DNA of 64,000 nucleotides from Nitrospira sp. (GTDB lineage Bacteria; Nitrospirota; Nitrospiria; Nitrospirales; Nitrospiraceae). The notes below the pieces were generated by a model. The model had not been told where the DNA came from and searched no databases. It saw nothing but the letters and a program-made list of their open reading frames with translations. This document shows positions 18,882 to 29,308 of the stretch, one piece after another. The position numbers and the translations under genes are program-made. The stretch spans positions 36,454-100,453 of the forward strand of contig SWDM01000012.1 of the NCBI GenBank assembly GCA_005116835.1, written 5' to 3'. Position 1 is the stretch's first letter. Every line of letters starts with the position of its first letter.

Positions 18882-19520
18882 ATGATGACTGCTTCGACTC
18901 ACATTTTGTGTTTTGGGGACAGCCTGACGGCAGGGTTTCAATCCCCCACGGCCGAAAATCCACAAGGCGCCGAGACGCCCTATGGGCGGTTCCTGCAAGA
19001 GTTGGCAGGGCCTTCCGTGCTGGTGTCTGTGAGCGGTATCTGCGGTGAATTGACCGGTGAAATGGCGATGCGGTTTCGGTCCGCTGTGCTGGCACATCAA
19101 CCGGCGTATGTGGTGATTCTTGGCGGGACAAACGATCTTGGGTGGAATGCCGCGCCCCCAGATATTATGCGTAATCTACTCAAGATGTATGAGCTGTCGG
19201 CAGGGGCGGGAATCAAGCCGGTACCGGTGACCGTTCCATCGATCAGAGTCGGTGACGATCTTCGTAGTGAAGAGGGTCGCCGGTGGTTTACAGACCATCT
19301 AGACCGGCGCCGGCGGCTTAATGAGCTGATTCTCTGTTATGCCGAGTCGAAAGGGCTGGCAGCCTTCGATCTCTTTACCGCCACGGCAGAGCCCGGGACC
19401 CTACAACTTGCGGCCCCATACTCCAACGACGGCCTGCATCTAACGACCATAGGATATCGACTGCTGGCAGAGCGGTTGTATCAGGAAGTATTTTCCGGCG
19501 CGCTAGCGAAAAAATCGTGA
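18882..19520 (+). CDS. SGNH/GDSL hydrolase family protein
   Basis: ILCFGDSLTAG (block I), ILGGTNDL (block III), DGLHLT (block V). Confidence 0.75.
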   Translation: MMTASTHILCFGDSLTAGFQSPTAENPQGAETPYGRFLQELAGPSVLVSVSGICGELTGEMAMRFRSAVLAHQPAYVVILGGTNDLGWNAAPPDIMRNLLKMYELSAGAGIKPVPVTVPSIRVGDDLRSEEGRRWFTDHLDRRRRLNELILCYAESKGLAAFDLFTATAEPGTLQLAAPYSNDGLHLTTIGYRLLAERLYQEVFSGALAKKS

Positions 19521-19535
19521 CAAAGGAAGATCGTG

Positions 19536-19847
19536 ATGCGTGAGGTGACGGACCGGGACTTCGACAATGTCGTGGGGCAGGCTGTGATCCCGGTCCTGGT
19601 GGAGTTCTGGAAACCAGGGTGCGGAAGCTGTCGCGCCTTGATGCATGAACTTGAGAGAATGGAGTCGGATGTGACCGGCAAGGTGATCCTGCTGACCATG
19701 AATGTGGATGAGAATTTTCAGATTCCAGCGGAGCTTGAAGTTCACTCCTTGCCGACCTTGGCCCTCTATCATCGGGGGGAGTTCGAGCGTTTTATCGGAG
19801 GGTTGGGAACCAGAGAGGAGATTCTCAAGCAGTTACGGCTGATGTAA
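19536..19847 (+). CDS. Thioredoxin-family protein with atypical CGSC active site
   Basis: PVLVEFWKPGCGSCRAL...LPTLALY. ATG lies 6 nt after AAGGAAG. Confidence 0.75.
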   Translation: MREVTDRDFDNVVGQAVIPVLVEFWKPGCGSCRALMHELERMESDVTGKVILLTMNVDENFQIPAELEVHSLPTLALYHRGEFERFIGGLGTREEILKQLRLM

Positions 19848-19856
19848 TGTGAGTGA

Positions 19857-21401
19857 CTACAGGGTCCGCCAGGTTCTCCCATCCTTCTCGATCAATCGAT
19901 CGGCTTCGACCGGCCCGCAGGATCCTGCCTGGTACGCAGGCAACCATCGCAACCCTTGCTGGCGCCATCCGTCTAGAATCTTGGTAATCCAGGCCCAGGA
20001 GGCTTCAACGGCGTCACGTCGCATAAATCTGGAAGCATCGCCTGCCATTACGTCCAAGAGCAGCCGTTCGTAGGCTTCGGGTGACGGGCGGCCAAAGACG
20101 TCGCTGTATTGAAAATCCATTTCCACCGGATGGGTCTGTGCGCGGGTTCCCGGCACACGAGAGACGATGCGGAGCGAGAGCCCTTCTTCGGGCTGGATGC
20201 GTAGCGCCAACACGTTCGGGGGTTGCGGTTGCTGGGTATTGGCGTTGAATAGAATGTGGGGTATGTCCTTGAATTGGACCGCAACCTCGCTGGCGCGATT
20301 GGCAAGCGCTTTCCCCGTGCGGAGGTAGAAGGGCACGCCGGCCCAGCGCCAGTTTTCCACGAAGCATTTGAGCGCGACATAGGTTTCCGTCGTGGAATCA
20401 GGGTGAATGCCTTTCTCGCCACGATAGCCTGGGATCGGCTTGCCATGGGCTGTGCCTTCACTGTATTGGGCACGGACGGTGACCTGTTCGACATCTTGAT
20501 CGGTGATGGGTCTGAGGCACCGGAGGACTTCCATCTTCGCATTGCGCACGACGTCCGGATCGAGCGAGTAGGGGGGCTCCATTGCCACCAGGCAGAGCAG
20601 TTGCAACATGTGGTTTTGCACCATGTCGCGCAGGGCTCCAGCTTCTTCGTAGTAGCCGGCCCTGGTTCCGACGCCTTCGGCTTCGCTTACCGTGATCTGC
20701 ACGTGATCGATGTACTTGTGGTTCCAGATCGGCTCGAAGATGCTGTTGGCAAACCGGACAACCATCAGATTCTGAACGGTTTCTTTTCCCAGATAGTGGT
20801 CGATCCGAAAGATCTGCGATTCGTCGAAGACACGTCCCGTCACAGCGTTGATGGCCTGAGCGGAGGCCAAATCGCGGCCGACCGGCTTCTCGACGATGAT
20901 GCGGGCATAGGGCGCATGGGCTTCCGGCTTTACGGCCAATCCTGCCTGCTCAAGCCCCTCGCATACGGATCCAAATGAACTGGGAGGGATGCTCAAATAG
21001 AAAATGCGGTTGCCGGGCAACTGGAGGTTTCGTTCTACCTCTTCTGTTCGGGACTTCAGTCTGACATAGGTGTTGGGGTCGTCATTTCCCCCCGACACGT
21101 AAAAGAGGTGTTCCGCAAAGTTTTGCCACTTGTCGTCCGCCAGGGCTTGCCGGGAATGAGCAACGACGCCGTCGCGAAGCGTTGCGCGGAATTCCTCGTC
21201 TGTCATGACCGTGCGGCCTAACCCGATCACGGCAAAGTTCGGTGGAAGGAGCCCATCGAGGAGCAGATTGTAGAGGGCAGGGATCAGGCGGCGACGAGCC
21301 AGATCGCCGGATCCTCCGAAGATGATGAGGGTGCAGCGCTGGACCGGGGGAATCGTTTCTTCCGAGGGGCTGATATCGATGCGTGGTCTATTCGATGACA
21401 T
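19857..21401 (-). CDS. zwf: Glucose-6-phosphate dehydrogenase
   Basis: IFGGSGDLARRRL, RIDHYLGKETVQN and EKPVG motifs. Confidence 0.95.
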   Translation of the reverse strand: MSSNRPRIDISPSEETIPPVQRCTLIIFGGSGDLARRRLIPALYNLLLDGLLPPNFAVIGLGRTVMTDEEFRATLRDGVVAHSRQALADDKWQNFAEHLFYVSGGNDDPNTYVRLKSRTEEVERNLQLPGNRIFYLSIPPSSFGSVCEGLEQAGLAVKPEAHAPYARIIVEKPVGRDLASAQAINAVTGRVFDESQIFRIDHYLGKETVQNLMVVRFANSIFEPIWNHKYIDHVQITVSEAEGVGTRAGYYEEAGALRDMVQNHMLQLLCLVAMEPPYSLDPDVVRNAKMEVLRCLRPITDQDVEQVTVRAQYSEGTAHGKPIPGYRGEKGIHPDSTTETYVALKCFVENWRWAGVPFYLRTGKALANRASEVAVQFKDIPHILFNANTQQPQPPNVLALRIQPEEGLSLRIVSRVPGTRAQTHPVEMDFQYSDVFGRPSPEAYERLLLDVMAGDASRFMRRDAVEASWAWITKILDGWRQQGLRWLPAYQAGSCGPVEADRLIEKDGRTWRTL

Positions 21402-21413
21402 AGGACTCCCCTG

Positions 21414-22307
21414 TTACCGGCGAACCGCATGGCCGCCAAAAGCATTTCTCAAGGCGGCCAACATTTTTTCAGCAAAGGACTCGCTCTGTCGCGATCGGAA
21501 TCGAGTGAATAACGCCGTCGTGAGCGTCGGGACCGGTACATCCTTCTCAATGGCATCGGCAATCATCCAACGTCCCTCGCCGGAATCCTGCACGTAGCCT
21601 TTTAACTGTTCCAGTCGGGGGTCGGCTTTCAACGCGCCTGCCGCTAATTCCAGAAGCCAGGACCGAACAACGCTGCCGTGCATCCAGAGGTCCGCGATCT
21701 TTGCGAGGTTGAGCTGGTAGTCGCTCTTCGCCATCAGCTCAAACCCTTCCGCGTATCCCTGCATCATGCTGTACTCGATTCCGTTATGCACCATTTTCAC
21801 GTAATGCCCGGCTCCGACTCCGCCGACGTGCGCCCAACCCTGTTCCGGCGCCAAGGTGGTGAAGATCGGCGCGAGTTGTTTGACGGGAGCCTCTTCGCCC
21901 CCGACCATCAGGCAGTAGCCGATGGTCAAGCCCCAAATCCCGCCGCTGGTGCCGGCATCGACATAGTGAAGCTGTTTCTTCTTGAGGTCCGCTGCCCGTC
22001 GAACGTCGTCGTGAAACCTGGTGTTACCGCCGTCGATTATTGTGTCGCCGGGCTGAAGCAGCGCTGAGACGGCTTGAACGGTTTCTTCTGTCGGCGCGCC
22101 GGAGGGAACCATGACCCAGACTGCGCGGGGCGCCTTAAGCCGGCCGACAAGATCGGCCAACGACGAGGCCCCGACACAGCCCACGCCTTCGGCTTGATTG
22201 ATCAGATCTGCGGATCGGTCATAGACCACGACCCGGTGCCGGTCGCGTTGCAACCGGGTCACCATGTTCATTCCCATTTTTCCGAGACCGATGAACCCGA
22301 TATCCAT
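21414..22307 (-). CDS. gnd: 6-phosphogluconate dehydrogenase, decarboxylating (short form of about 300 aa)
   Basis: MDIGFIGLGKMGMNM Rossmann start and GAGHYVKMVHNGIEY motif. GGGAGGA lies upstream of ATG 22307. Confidence 0.85.
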   Translation of the reverse strand: MDIGFIGLGKMGMNMVTRLQRDRHRVVVYDRSADLINQAEGVGCVGASSLADLVGRLKAPRAVWVMVPSGAPTEETVQAVSALLQPGDTIIDGGNTRFHDDVRRAADLKKKQLHYVDAGTSGGIWGLTIGYCLMVGGEEAPVKQLAPIFTTLAPEQGWAHVGGVGAGHYVKMVHNGIEYSMMQGYAEGFELMAKSDYQLNLAKIADLWMHGSVVRSWLLELAAGALKADPRLEQLKGYVQDSGEGRWMIADAIEKDVPVPTLTTALFTRFRSRQSESFAEKMLAALRNAFGGHAVRR

Positions 22308-22462
22308 GGCGATTCCTCCCTGCAAGGCGTGAGTGAGATTATGGAGTAAACGGCTTGCAAGTCAGGTTACTCAAGAGGAGCCATCCCTCTGATCATACCT
22401 GGCTGCGCCGACTGGCCGACAAGTGTTGCGCGATCGGAGCCGATGGTCGATCCCGAATACTG

Positions 22463-23248
22463 TCAGTCGATCCTGGCAGGATTCGGCACATCCTTAAAGA
22501 GAGTATCGGCAAGGTCGCGGCCAAAGTTAAGCCGTTCCGGCAATGAAGCTGCAGTCAGGAATCGTGCAGCCAGGTCGGCTAGCCCCGCATCGCGGGAAGC
22601 GATGAACTTCAGTATGTCAGCCGGCGCGGTAATCCAGAATCCCCTCAGCCGGAAAAAGGCGTTAACGGCATCATCGAAAAATATCGCGAGTAGATACTGG
22701 GCAGTCGCAGGCTTATCGGCCAGATCCCGTGCCTTTCCCAACCAATGAAAACACTCTGCCTTCATGCGAATCTGCTCATTGATACTGATGGGAGGCGGCC
22801 CTTGCCGGAACCGTTGGTGGGCTCGTTCGACGAGCTTGGCCCCGATGTTTTCATGATCGAAGAGGATACGGGCTTTCCGTAAAAGGGAGGGGAGGCGCGG
22901 GGAGTGTGGGATGTCTTCCTCAAGTTCTTGATGCCCTCGATAGCGGATATCGGCCAGCCGATCGGCGACACGGACAATTTCGTGGCCGTCCGCTTGCCCT
23001 TTTACAAGCGCGATCAAGTCGATATCGCTGTGAGTTGTGATGGCGCGCCGCACACTGGAGCCCACAAGGATTACGCTGACGAGATCGCCTCCGCGGCGGC
23101 CACGAACGTGGCGCAAGGCCACGGTAACGAGTTCTTCGAATCCCGGTTCCTCGATGGGGTCAGGTTGTTCCGGCGGCTCCGGCATGGCTAAGAGTTCCGC
23201 CTTTAATTCTTCGGATGTAGGGATAGAGTGTGTGGTGGGGCTATCCAT
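22463..23248 (-). CDS. Nucleotidyltransferase-domain protein (KNTase-like two-domain architecture)
   Basis: LVGSSVRRAITTHSDIDLIALV (GS...DxD) followed by a helical C-domain. Start at ATG 23248 (AGGAAG upstream), directly after the stop of the upstream small ORF. Confidence 0.6.
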   Translation of the reverse strand: MDSPTTHSIPTSEELKAELLAMPEPPEQPDPIEEPGFEELVTVALRHVRGRRGGDLVSVILVGSSVRRAITTHSDIDLIALVKGQADGHEIVRVADRLADIRYRGHQELEEDIPHSPRLPSLLRKARILFDHENIGAKLVERAHQRFRQGPPPISINEQIRMKAECFHWLGKARDLADKPATAQYLLAIFFDDAVNAFFRLRGFWITAPADILKFIASRDAGLADLAARFLTAASLPERLNFGRDLADTLFKDVPNPARID

Positions 23249-23250
23249 CT

Positions 23251-23499
23251 TTAGGCTTCCTGTAGGAGCTGAATATGTTTGGGGAGCGATTTCAGCCAGT
23301 CCTCGAAGGGTTGCTCCGCGTCGACGATTATTTCCAACTTGCCATTGGGCAACCGCCGGACAATACCCGGGGTTTCCGGAGACAAGGGGATCTCGACCCA
23401 CTCGCGGTTGAGACCGAGTAAGTCGGTGACCTCAAGGATCCTGCTGATCTGTTTAAATGACACAACGTCTAACGGCATCGGTGTTCCATCTCGCGGCAT
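23251..23499 (-). CDS. Small hypothetical protein, co-transcribed with the nucleotidyltransferase
   Basis: ORF of about 80 aa ending 2 nt before the next start. Start codon uncertain (23499 or 23478); no family recognised. Confidence 0.4.
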   Translation of the reverse strand: MPRDGTPMPLDVVSFKQISRILEVTDLLGLNREWVEIPLSPETPGIVRRLPNGKLEIIVDAEQPFEDWLKSLPKHIQLLQEA

Positions 23500-23522
23500 T
23501 CTAGATTTCAGTGGGAGAGGAG

Positions 23523-24569
23523 TCAATGAGTGAGCGGCTCAATCCCTAAGACATGGGTAAATATTTCGCAGGCTTCATCGATCATGGCGCTGGAGACATC
23601 CATATGGGTGACGGCACGAAAGCTGGCGCCGCCAAGAGCATTGATTAAGACTCCTTTCTGTTTCAATGCGGCGACGATGGCCGGGGGAGCCAGGCGGTGG
23701 CCGATCACATCGAAGATGACGATGTTCGTCTCGACATCTTGGGCATTGATCCTGACCGTCGGGATCATTTGCAGCCGTTGCGCGAGGCGTTTTGCGTGGT
23801 CGTGGTCGTCTTTCAGTCGTCCGAGATTATGCTCGAGGGCATAGATGCCGGCGGCGGCGAGGACGCCGGACTGTCGCATGGCGCCGCCGTACATGCGCCG
23901 CAGCCGTTTGGCTTTGTCGAGGAGCGCCAGATCGTTCATCATGAGAAGAGAACCGGCAGGAGCCCCTAGTCCTTTCGAAAGACAAACCGACAGGGTGTCG
24001 AAGTGCTGGGCATAGGAGGCCGGTGGCAGGGTGGTGGCAACGGCGGCATTGAATAATCGCGCTCCGTCCAAATGCATCGGCATACCATGGGTAGCCGCCA
24101 CCGCACGGATCCGTTCTATCGTTGCCAAGGGATAAATGGAGCCGCCGCCGCTGTTATGAGTGTTTTCCAGGCAGATCAGCCCCGTTTGAACCGTGTGAAG
24201 CTCTTTCGGGCGGATTGCCGCCTCCACCTGCTCCGGTGAAATGAGGCCCCGAGTTCCAGTCACCCAGTGAAGCTGCACACCAGCCAGAGCGCCGGCAGCG
24301 CCCTGCTCATATCGGACGATATGGGCGGTGCTTTCGACGATGACTTCCTGCCCCGGCTGTGTGTGAAGTCGAATGGCGAGTTGATTACCCATTGTGCCGG
24401 ACGGCACGAAGAGGGCGGCCCTTTTCCCGAACATCGCGGCCACCATGTCTTGCAGCCGGTTCACGGTGGGGTCTTCGCCATATACATCGTCTCCCACTTC
24501 GGCATGTGCCATTGCCGCGCGCATGGCTTCCGAGGGCTTTGTCACTGTATCGCTGCGTAAATCGATCAT
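23523..24569 (-). CDS. ltaE: Low-specificity L-threonine aldolase
   Basis: [13 protein letters not shown]...[10 protein letters not shown]...GTMGNQ N-terminal signature. Confidence 0.85.
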   Translation of the reverse strand: MIDLRSDTVTKPSEAMRAAMAHAEVGDDVYGEDPTVNRLQDMVAAMFGKRAALFVPSGTMGNQLAIRLHTQPGQEVIVESTAHIVRYEQGAAGALAGVQLHWVTGTRGLISPEQVEAAIRPKELHTVQTGLICLENTHNSGGGSIYPLATIERIRAVAATHGMPMHLDGARLFNAAVATTLPPASYAQHFDTLSVCLSKGLGAPAGSLLMMNDLALLDKAKRLRRMYGGAMRQSGVLAAAGIYALEHNLGRLKDDHDHAKRLAQRLQMIPTVRINAQDVETNIVIFDVIGHRLAPPAIVAALKQKGVLINALGGASFRAVTHMDVSSAMIDEACEIFTHVLGIEPLTH

Positions 24570-24668
24570 GAAATGTTCTTGAGCCTCCGAATAGGACTGC
24601 CGATCCGGCGCATTCTAGCAAATTTTCTCCTTGCGCGGGAGCGCCAGCCACTGCAGGATGCTGGGTCT

Positions 24669-25937
24669 ATGGTCTGGCTTCGAAACGTGCTTCCGTCGGT
24701 GACCGATGCAGAACCGGACGAAGCCGTCCCGGTGGGCTGGGCCTTTCTCTACTTCTTCTGCCTGCTTTGCGGTTACTACATTCTGCGCCCCGTTCGCGAT
24801 GAAATGGTGATTGAAGGCGGGGTACAACATCTGCCCTGGATGATGACGGCCACATTCGTCACGCTGCTGGTTGTGACGCCGCTATTTGGGTGGCTCTCCG
24901 CCCGCGTACCGCGTTATCGGTTGCTGCTGACAGTGTATACATTCTTCGGTTTCAACTTGGCGTTGTTCTTTGTGGCGATGATGGGCCATCTGTCTCCGGA
25001 GTGGACTGCCCGCGCGTTCTTCGTATGGCTATCGGTGTTCAATCTGTTCGTCGTCTCGGTCTTCTGGAGCGTCATGGCCGATATCTTTACGCCTGCGCAG
25101 GGCGTCAGGCTGTTCGGTGTGATTGCCGCAGGCGGCAGCATCGGGGCCATGGTCGGCCCTCTCCTCACCACCGGATTGACGTATCTTATCCCGGTTCCCA
25201 TGCTCTTGCTCATCTCAGCAGGCTTTCTCATCGGCTGCGGGTTCTGTCTGCAACGACTGGATCGATGGGCGGTGACGCAACCTTTGCGAGAACACACAGG
25301 GCAGGGTGAACCGCTCGGCGGCAGTATCTGGGCAGGGATCAGGTTGACGCTCTCATCGCCCTATCTCCTCGGCATCTGCCTCTATTTGTTCTTTCTCACG
25401 ACGACCGCCACATTCTTGTATCTGGAACAAATGAGGCTGGTGAGCGAACAGATTCCCTCCCCGGAAGGGCGTACCCGTCTGTTTGCCCTCGTCGACTTGG
25501 TCGTCAATGTGCTGACATTTTTGATGCAAGTGGCAGTGACGAGCCAGCTGATCGGTCGATTCGGCTTGGGAGCGGCGTTGGTCTCGCTGCCTATCGCAAG
25601 CGCCGTGGGGTTTGGCGTGATCGGCATAATGCCGTTCCTGGTCGTCTTTGTTTTGTTTACCATTGTGCGGCGAGTCGGCGAATATGCGCTCGCAAAACCG
25701 GCTCGGGAGATTCTGTTTACGGTAGTAAGCAGGGAGGAGAAGTATAAGGCCAAGAACTTTATCGACACAGCGATTTCACGGGGAGGCGATGCGACGACTG
25801 GCTGGATTGTCAGCGGGGTGAAAGCGCTGGGAGCTACGTCTGCCCAGATGATATGGGTTCTGGTTCCCCTGTCGCTGTGCTGGGGTTGTATAGGGTGGTA
25901 CCTGGCTCGGCAGAAGGAGAAGTTGAGGGGAGGGTGA
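24669..25937 (+). CDS. Membrane transporter, TLC (ATP/ADP translocase, Npt)-like or MFS-type
   Basis: About 11-12 hydrophobic helices. The N-terminal YILRPVRDEM motif recalls the Npt1/Npt2 family. Start moved to ATG 24669 to leave a divergent promoter gap with ltaE. Confidence 0.55.
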   Translation: MVWLRNVLPSVTDAEPDEAVPVGWAFLYFFCLLCGYYILRPVRDEMVIEGGVQHLPWMMTATFVTLLVVTPLFGWLSARVPRYRLLLTVYTFFGFNLALFFVAMMGHLSPEWTARAFFVWLSVFNLFVVSVFWSVMADIFTPAQGVRLFGVIAAGGSIGAMVGPLLTTGLTYLIPVPMLLLISAGFLIGCGFCLQRLDRWAVTQPLREHTGQGEPLGGSIWAGIRLTLSSPYLLGICLYLFFLTTTATFLYLEQMRLVSEQIPSPEGRTRLFALVDLVVNVLTFLMQVAVTSQLIGRFGLGAALVSLPIASAVGFGVIGIMPFLVVFVLFTIVRRVGEYALAKPAREILFTVVSREEKYKAKNFIDTAISRGGDATTGWIVSGVKALGATSAQMIWVLVPLSLCWGCIGWYLARQKEKLRGG

Positions 25938-26136
25938 CCTGGGTACTTCCTTTGCTCGCGCAACGCGCGGCCTCGGAAGGCCCTCGTTGGACGCGCGCAG
26001 TTGGAACTACTCAGGCCACCCTTCTCCTGCTTTACGTGAAAAAAAACCGCATGTTATAGTCGCCGGAAAGTGTTGAGAGAGAGGATCGCCGGCGAACTCA
26101 TTTCACGTCTCACGATTCATGTTTCACGGGGGTTAA

Positions 26137-27501
26137 ATGCCTGAAGCTCCGGTTAAGATGTACATCGATAAGCTATTGAAAGATAGCCGTATTGTGGCGC
26201 GATCTCTCGCATTTCTGTCTGGCCCTGTGAAAGACAAAGCGTTGCGGGCAATGGCGGATCGATTGGCTGCTGACGAAGAGAAGATTCTAGTGGCGAATGA
26301 GAAGGATGTGGACGCAGTCGGAAAGTCTTTCGAGGCCGACGTCATGAAGGATCGGATGAAGGCCGCCGTGGCGCGTCTACGCCTGACCTCGGACGATATC
26401 AAGGAGATGGCCGATCGTCTCCGCTTGATCGCGGACTTGCCGGATCCGGTCGGCGTCGTTACTTCACGATGGGAGCGGCCGAACGGATTGCAAGTGAGCC
26501 GTGTCCGTGTCCCGATCGGCATCATCGGTGTCGTATCGGAACTGGGCCCGCTTATTACCGTGGAGTCGATCGCGCTCTGCTTCAAGTCCGGGAACCTCTG
26601 TGTGTTTCGCGGTGCGCCGGAATGGCGCTTGACGCAACAGGCGATTGGGGCCGGATTACGCGAAGCTGCGGAACAGCATGGAATCCCGTCCGGCGCATGG
26701 ATCGTTATTGACCGTCCGGAGAAAGAGGTGGCGGTGGAGTTGATTCGAGCCGGTAAAAGTCTCGATGCGATAATTCCTCGTGGCGGAGCCGGCCTTCGCA
26801 GGGCTGTCGTCGAGCAGGCGAAGATGCCGGTGTTGTGTCACGAAGAGGGCCTCACATACATGTATGTGGATGCAGACACCGATCTGCCGGTCGCGCAAAA
26901 TGTGGCAATCAATTCCAAGGTGCAGAAGGCCATCGCGCCGAACTCGCTCGACACGTTGCTTGTAGAACAGGTGATCGGGCGGCAGTTTTTACCTCCGCTG
27001 GTCAATCGCATGCTCGAAGAGTTTAAGATCGAGGTGCGGGCCTGTCCAAAGACTATGGCCCTCATGGGGCAAATGGCGATGACAGGACATGCCTCGATTA
27101 TCTTGGCAAAGGAAGAGGATTGGCATACCCAATTTCAGTCGCCTGTATTGGCCGTGAAAATGGTTGTAAATATGGACGAAGCCTTGGCGCACATCGTGGC
27201 GCACGGACCCTGTCTCACGGCGGTTATCGCGACCACGAGCTATGAGTCAGCCTTGCGGTTCACGCGCGAAGTGGATGCCAGCGCGGTGTTTGTCAATGCA
27301 TCGTCACGCCTCAATGCCGGCGATAGCTACGGAATGGGCGCCGATATCGGACTCAGCGGCTCGCACCTCCATGCCAAGGGGCCGATTGGCCTTGAGCAAT
27401 TGACTTGCGAAAAGTATGTCGCGTTCGGTATGGGCCAGCTGCGCTACCCGCATCCGGTGCCGGAGGCGTATTTTGACGCGATCATGCTCAAAAGGCCGTA
27501 G
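26137..27501 (+). CDS. proA: Glutamate-5-semialdehyde dehydrogenase (gamma-glutamyl phosphate reductase)
   Basis: ...RVPIGIIGVV.E..P...VNASSRLNAGDSYGMGADIGLSGSHLHAKGPIGLEQLT resembles the ProA C-terminal signature. Confidence 0.8.
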   Translation: MPEAPVKMYIDKLLKDSRIVARSLAFLSGPVKDKALRAMADRLAADEEKILVANEKDVDAVGKSFEADVMKDRMKAAVARLRLTSDDIKEMADRLRLIADLPDPVGVVTSRWERPNGLQVSRVRVPIGIIGVVSELGPLITVESIALCFKSGNLCVFRGAPEWRLTQQAIGAGLREAAEQHGIPSGAWIVIDRPEKEVAVELIRAGKSLDAIIPRGGAGLRRAVVEQAKMPVLCHEEGLTYMYVDADTDLPVAQNVAINSKVQKAIAPNSLDTLLVEQVIGRQFLPPLVNRMLEEFKIEVRACPKTMALMGQMAMTGHASIILAKEEDWHTQFQSPVLAVKMVVNMDEALAHIVAHGPCLTAVIATTSYESALRFTREVDASAVFVNASSRLNAGDSYGMGADIGLSGSHLHAKGPIGLEQLTCEKYVAFGMGQLRYPHPVPEAYFDAIMLKRP

Positions 27502-27623
27502 TCGCCTGCTGAAAACGCTCTCCAGCTTCGTTCTCAGTCGTTCGAACCACTCAACGTACCCTCACCGCGTACGCCTCGTGATTCGAACTCCTTGCGGCCT
27601 TGCTGGAAAACGTTTTGAGCAGG
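27502..27623 (+). repeat. PE copy C (type 1 core)
   Basis: Starts 1 nt after the proA TAG. Both termini carry the same variant (cgcctgctgaaaa ... ttttgagcaggcg). Confidence 0.8.
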
Positions 27624-27641
27624 CGTGTCGAGACCTCATCA

Positions 27642-28850
27642 ATGACCAATGCCTCACTCGTGCAATCTCTCCATTCCCACCTGGCCCGGTGGGGCCTCCG
27701 GCGATTCACGTCGGATGAAGCTTATTTTCAGTGGCAGCGAGAGACCCTCTCGCAGGCGGAGGTCGCTGCATTACTTCGGGAAGTGGAACGGAAGCGCCGC
27801 GGATCTTCTCCCGACGAGATCTCGTTCTACGACGCCACAGCTGCGCCGAACATTCTGCCGGTTCTTTACAGCCAGCAATACGATTACTATCTCGCCATCG
27901 GGCCGCGCATAGCTGATCGCATCGGAAAAGCCCGGTCCATACAGTCCATACTTGATGTGGGCTGCGGAGTTGGCATTCTCACGACTTTCTATGCGAGGCA
28001 GTATCCCGATAGGACTTTCGTGGGGATCGATCGCTCATCTTCCTCCATTGCCCGCGCGCAGGAACAAGCAACGGCGCTTGGTTTAACCAATGTGCAGTTT
28101 GAATGTCTCGATCTTGAACAGATGCCTCTGACTCACACGTCAGACTTGATTGTTGCCACGCATGTTCTGGTGCAAGCTGAACAGGATCCAGGTGTTCCCA
28201 GTCGCAGTTGGAATACGTTTGAGCGTGCCGATGCCGATCAATTGCAAGCGGATTTCGAGCGGAGAACGGGGATCGGCGCCCGGCTCGATCGCCTGAGCGC
28301 GCTGCTTTCGGCGGAGGGGAGGCTATGTGTCTTTGAGAAGACCCGACAGTTGGCAAGACGGGTTCCGTTCCAGCGAGCCTTTGCGGCGCGGGGTTTTGGC
28401 CTAATGGAGCAGCCGGAATTGATTCGATACCGTCTCGTTGAAGAAGTGGCTGACGACGGACCTTTCTATGTGTTGGGGAGAACCGGATCGGAACGGTTTC
28501 ATTGGGACGATTCCCCTGAGCCGGATGCAGGCCCTCCGTTTGACCGAACAATCCTCACAACGAGCTCGCCTGACCCTGACGTACCGCTCTATGAGAACCA
28601 TTGGCCTTCCGCGCAACAGGTTTGGGAACAGCTGCACGATAAACGCGTGCTCGAAGAGACCACGAGCCAGGAGATAGATGGCCGGCAATTGCATGTTGAA
28701 TTGGGGCAGGCAGTCGAGGGGGTCTATCTCTATTTTGCCAACACCTTGGATCAGCGTCAGTTGGTCCTGGTGGAGCCGGCCCGCGCAACTATGCTGGAAT
28801 CCTATTATCAGGAGATCGTGAAGAGCACAGGCGATACCAGTGAAGCGTGA
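27642..28850 (+). CDS. Class I SAM-dependent methyltransferase
   Basis: ILDVGCGVGILT motif I. Start set to ATG 27642, outside the repeat; the last codons and the TGA lie inside a gtgaagc heptad run. Confidence 0.75.
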   Translation: MTNASLVQSLHSHLARWGLRRFTSDEAYFQWQRETLSQAEVAALLREVERKRRGSSPDEISFYDATAAPNILPVLYSQQYDYYLAIGPRIADRIGKARSIQSILDVGCGVGILTTFYARQYPDRTFVGIDRSSSSIARAQEQATALGLTNVQFECLDLEQMPLTHTSDLIVATHVLVQAEQDPGVPSRSWNTFERADADQLQADFERRTGIGARLDRLSALLSAEGRLCVFEKTRQLARRVPFQRAFAARGFGLMEQPELIRYRLVEEVADDGPFYVLGRTGSERFHWDDSPEPDAGPPFDRTILTTSSPDPDVPLYENHWPSAQQVWEQLHDKRVLEETTSQEIDGRQLHVELGQAVEGVYLYFANTLDQRQLVLVEPARATMLESYYQEIVKSTGDTSEA

Positions 28851-29029
28851 AGCGTTTCTCGTTTGAACAAGGAAGGTATAAGCGGAGAGAGTGGATCTGA
28901 AGAACGTATGGCATATGGTTGGAGGCTATGGGCGGCATCAGAGTGACCGAACCTCTTGCATAGGCCAGAGGCTCCTCTTTCTCCGGCAATAGGTCGGAGG
29001 CGATCATCTCCAGTCTTCCGTCCTATGCG

Positions 29030-29308
29030 CTATTCTTTGGACGAGCGACGGATTTCTGCGCGAGCGCCGGTCTTGATGGCAAGCACGAGAAGATCCTTGT
29101 CTCGAACCGTGTAGATGATCCGATAGTCGCCTTCGCGGATCCGATAGAGATGGTCTAGTCCTTCCAGCTTCGTGACGCCGGGTGGGCGAGGATTGGCGCG
29201 GAGTGCAAGGAGTCGTCTTAGGAGAAGCTTTCGAAGCGGTTTGGCGAATGTGAGGAGTTGCTGCTGAGCAGAAAGGGCCACGAAAATGGTCAAACTTGCC
29301 TGCTGCAA
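29030..29308 (-). CDS. Type II toxin, RelE/ParE family
   Basis: LYRIREGDYRIIYTVRDKDLLVLAIKTGARAEI. Abuts the antitoxin stop. Confidence 0.75.
   Translation of the reverse strand: MQQASLTIFVALSAQQQLLTFAKPLRKLLLRRLLALRANPRPPGVTKLEGLDHLYRIREGDYRIIYTVRDKDLLVLAIKTGARAEIRRSSKE

Noticed and set aside
20256-20978. A 240-aa plus-strand ORF (and the minus-strand alternative frames 20014-20542)
   Set aside because: It overlaps zwf in other frames and has no motifs. It is a shadow ORF.
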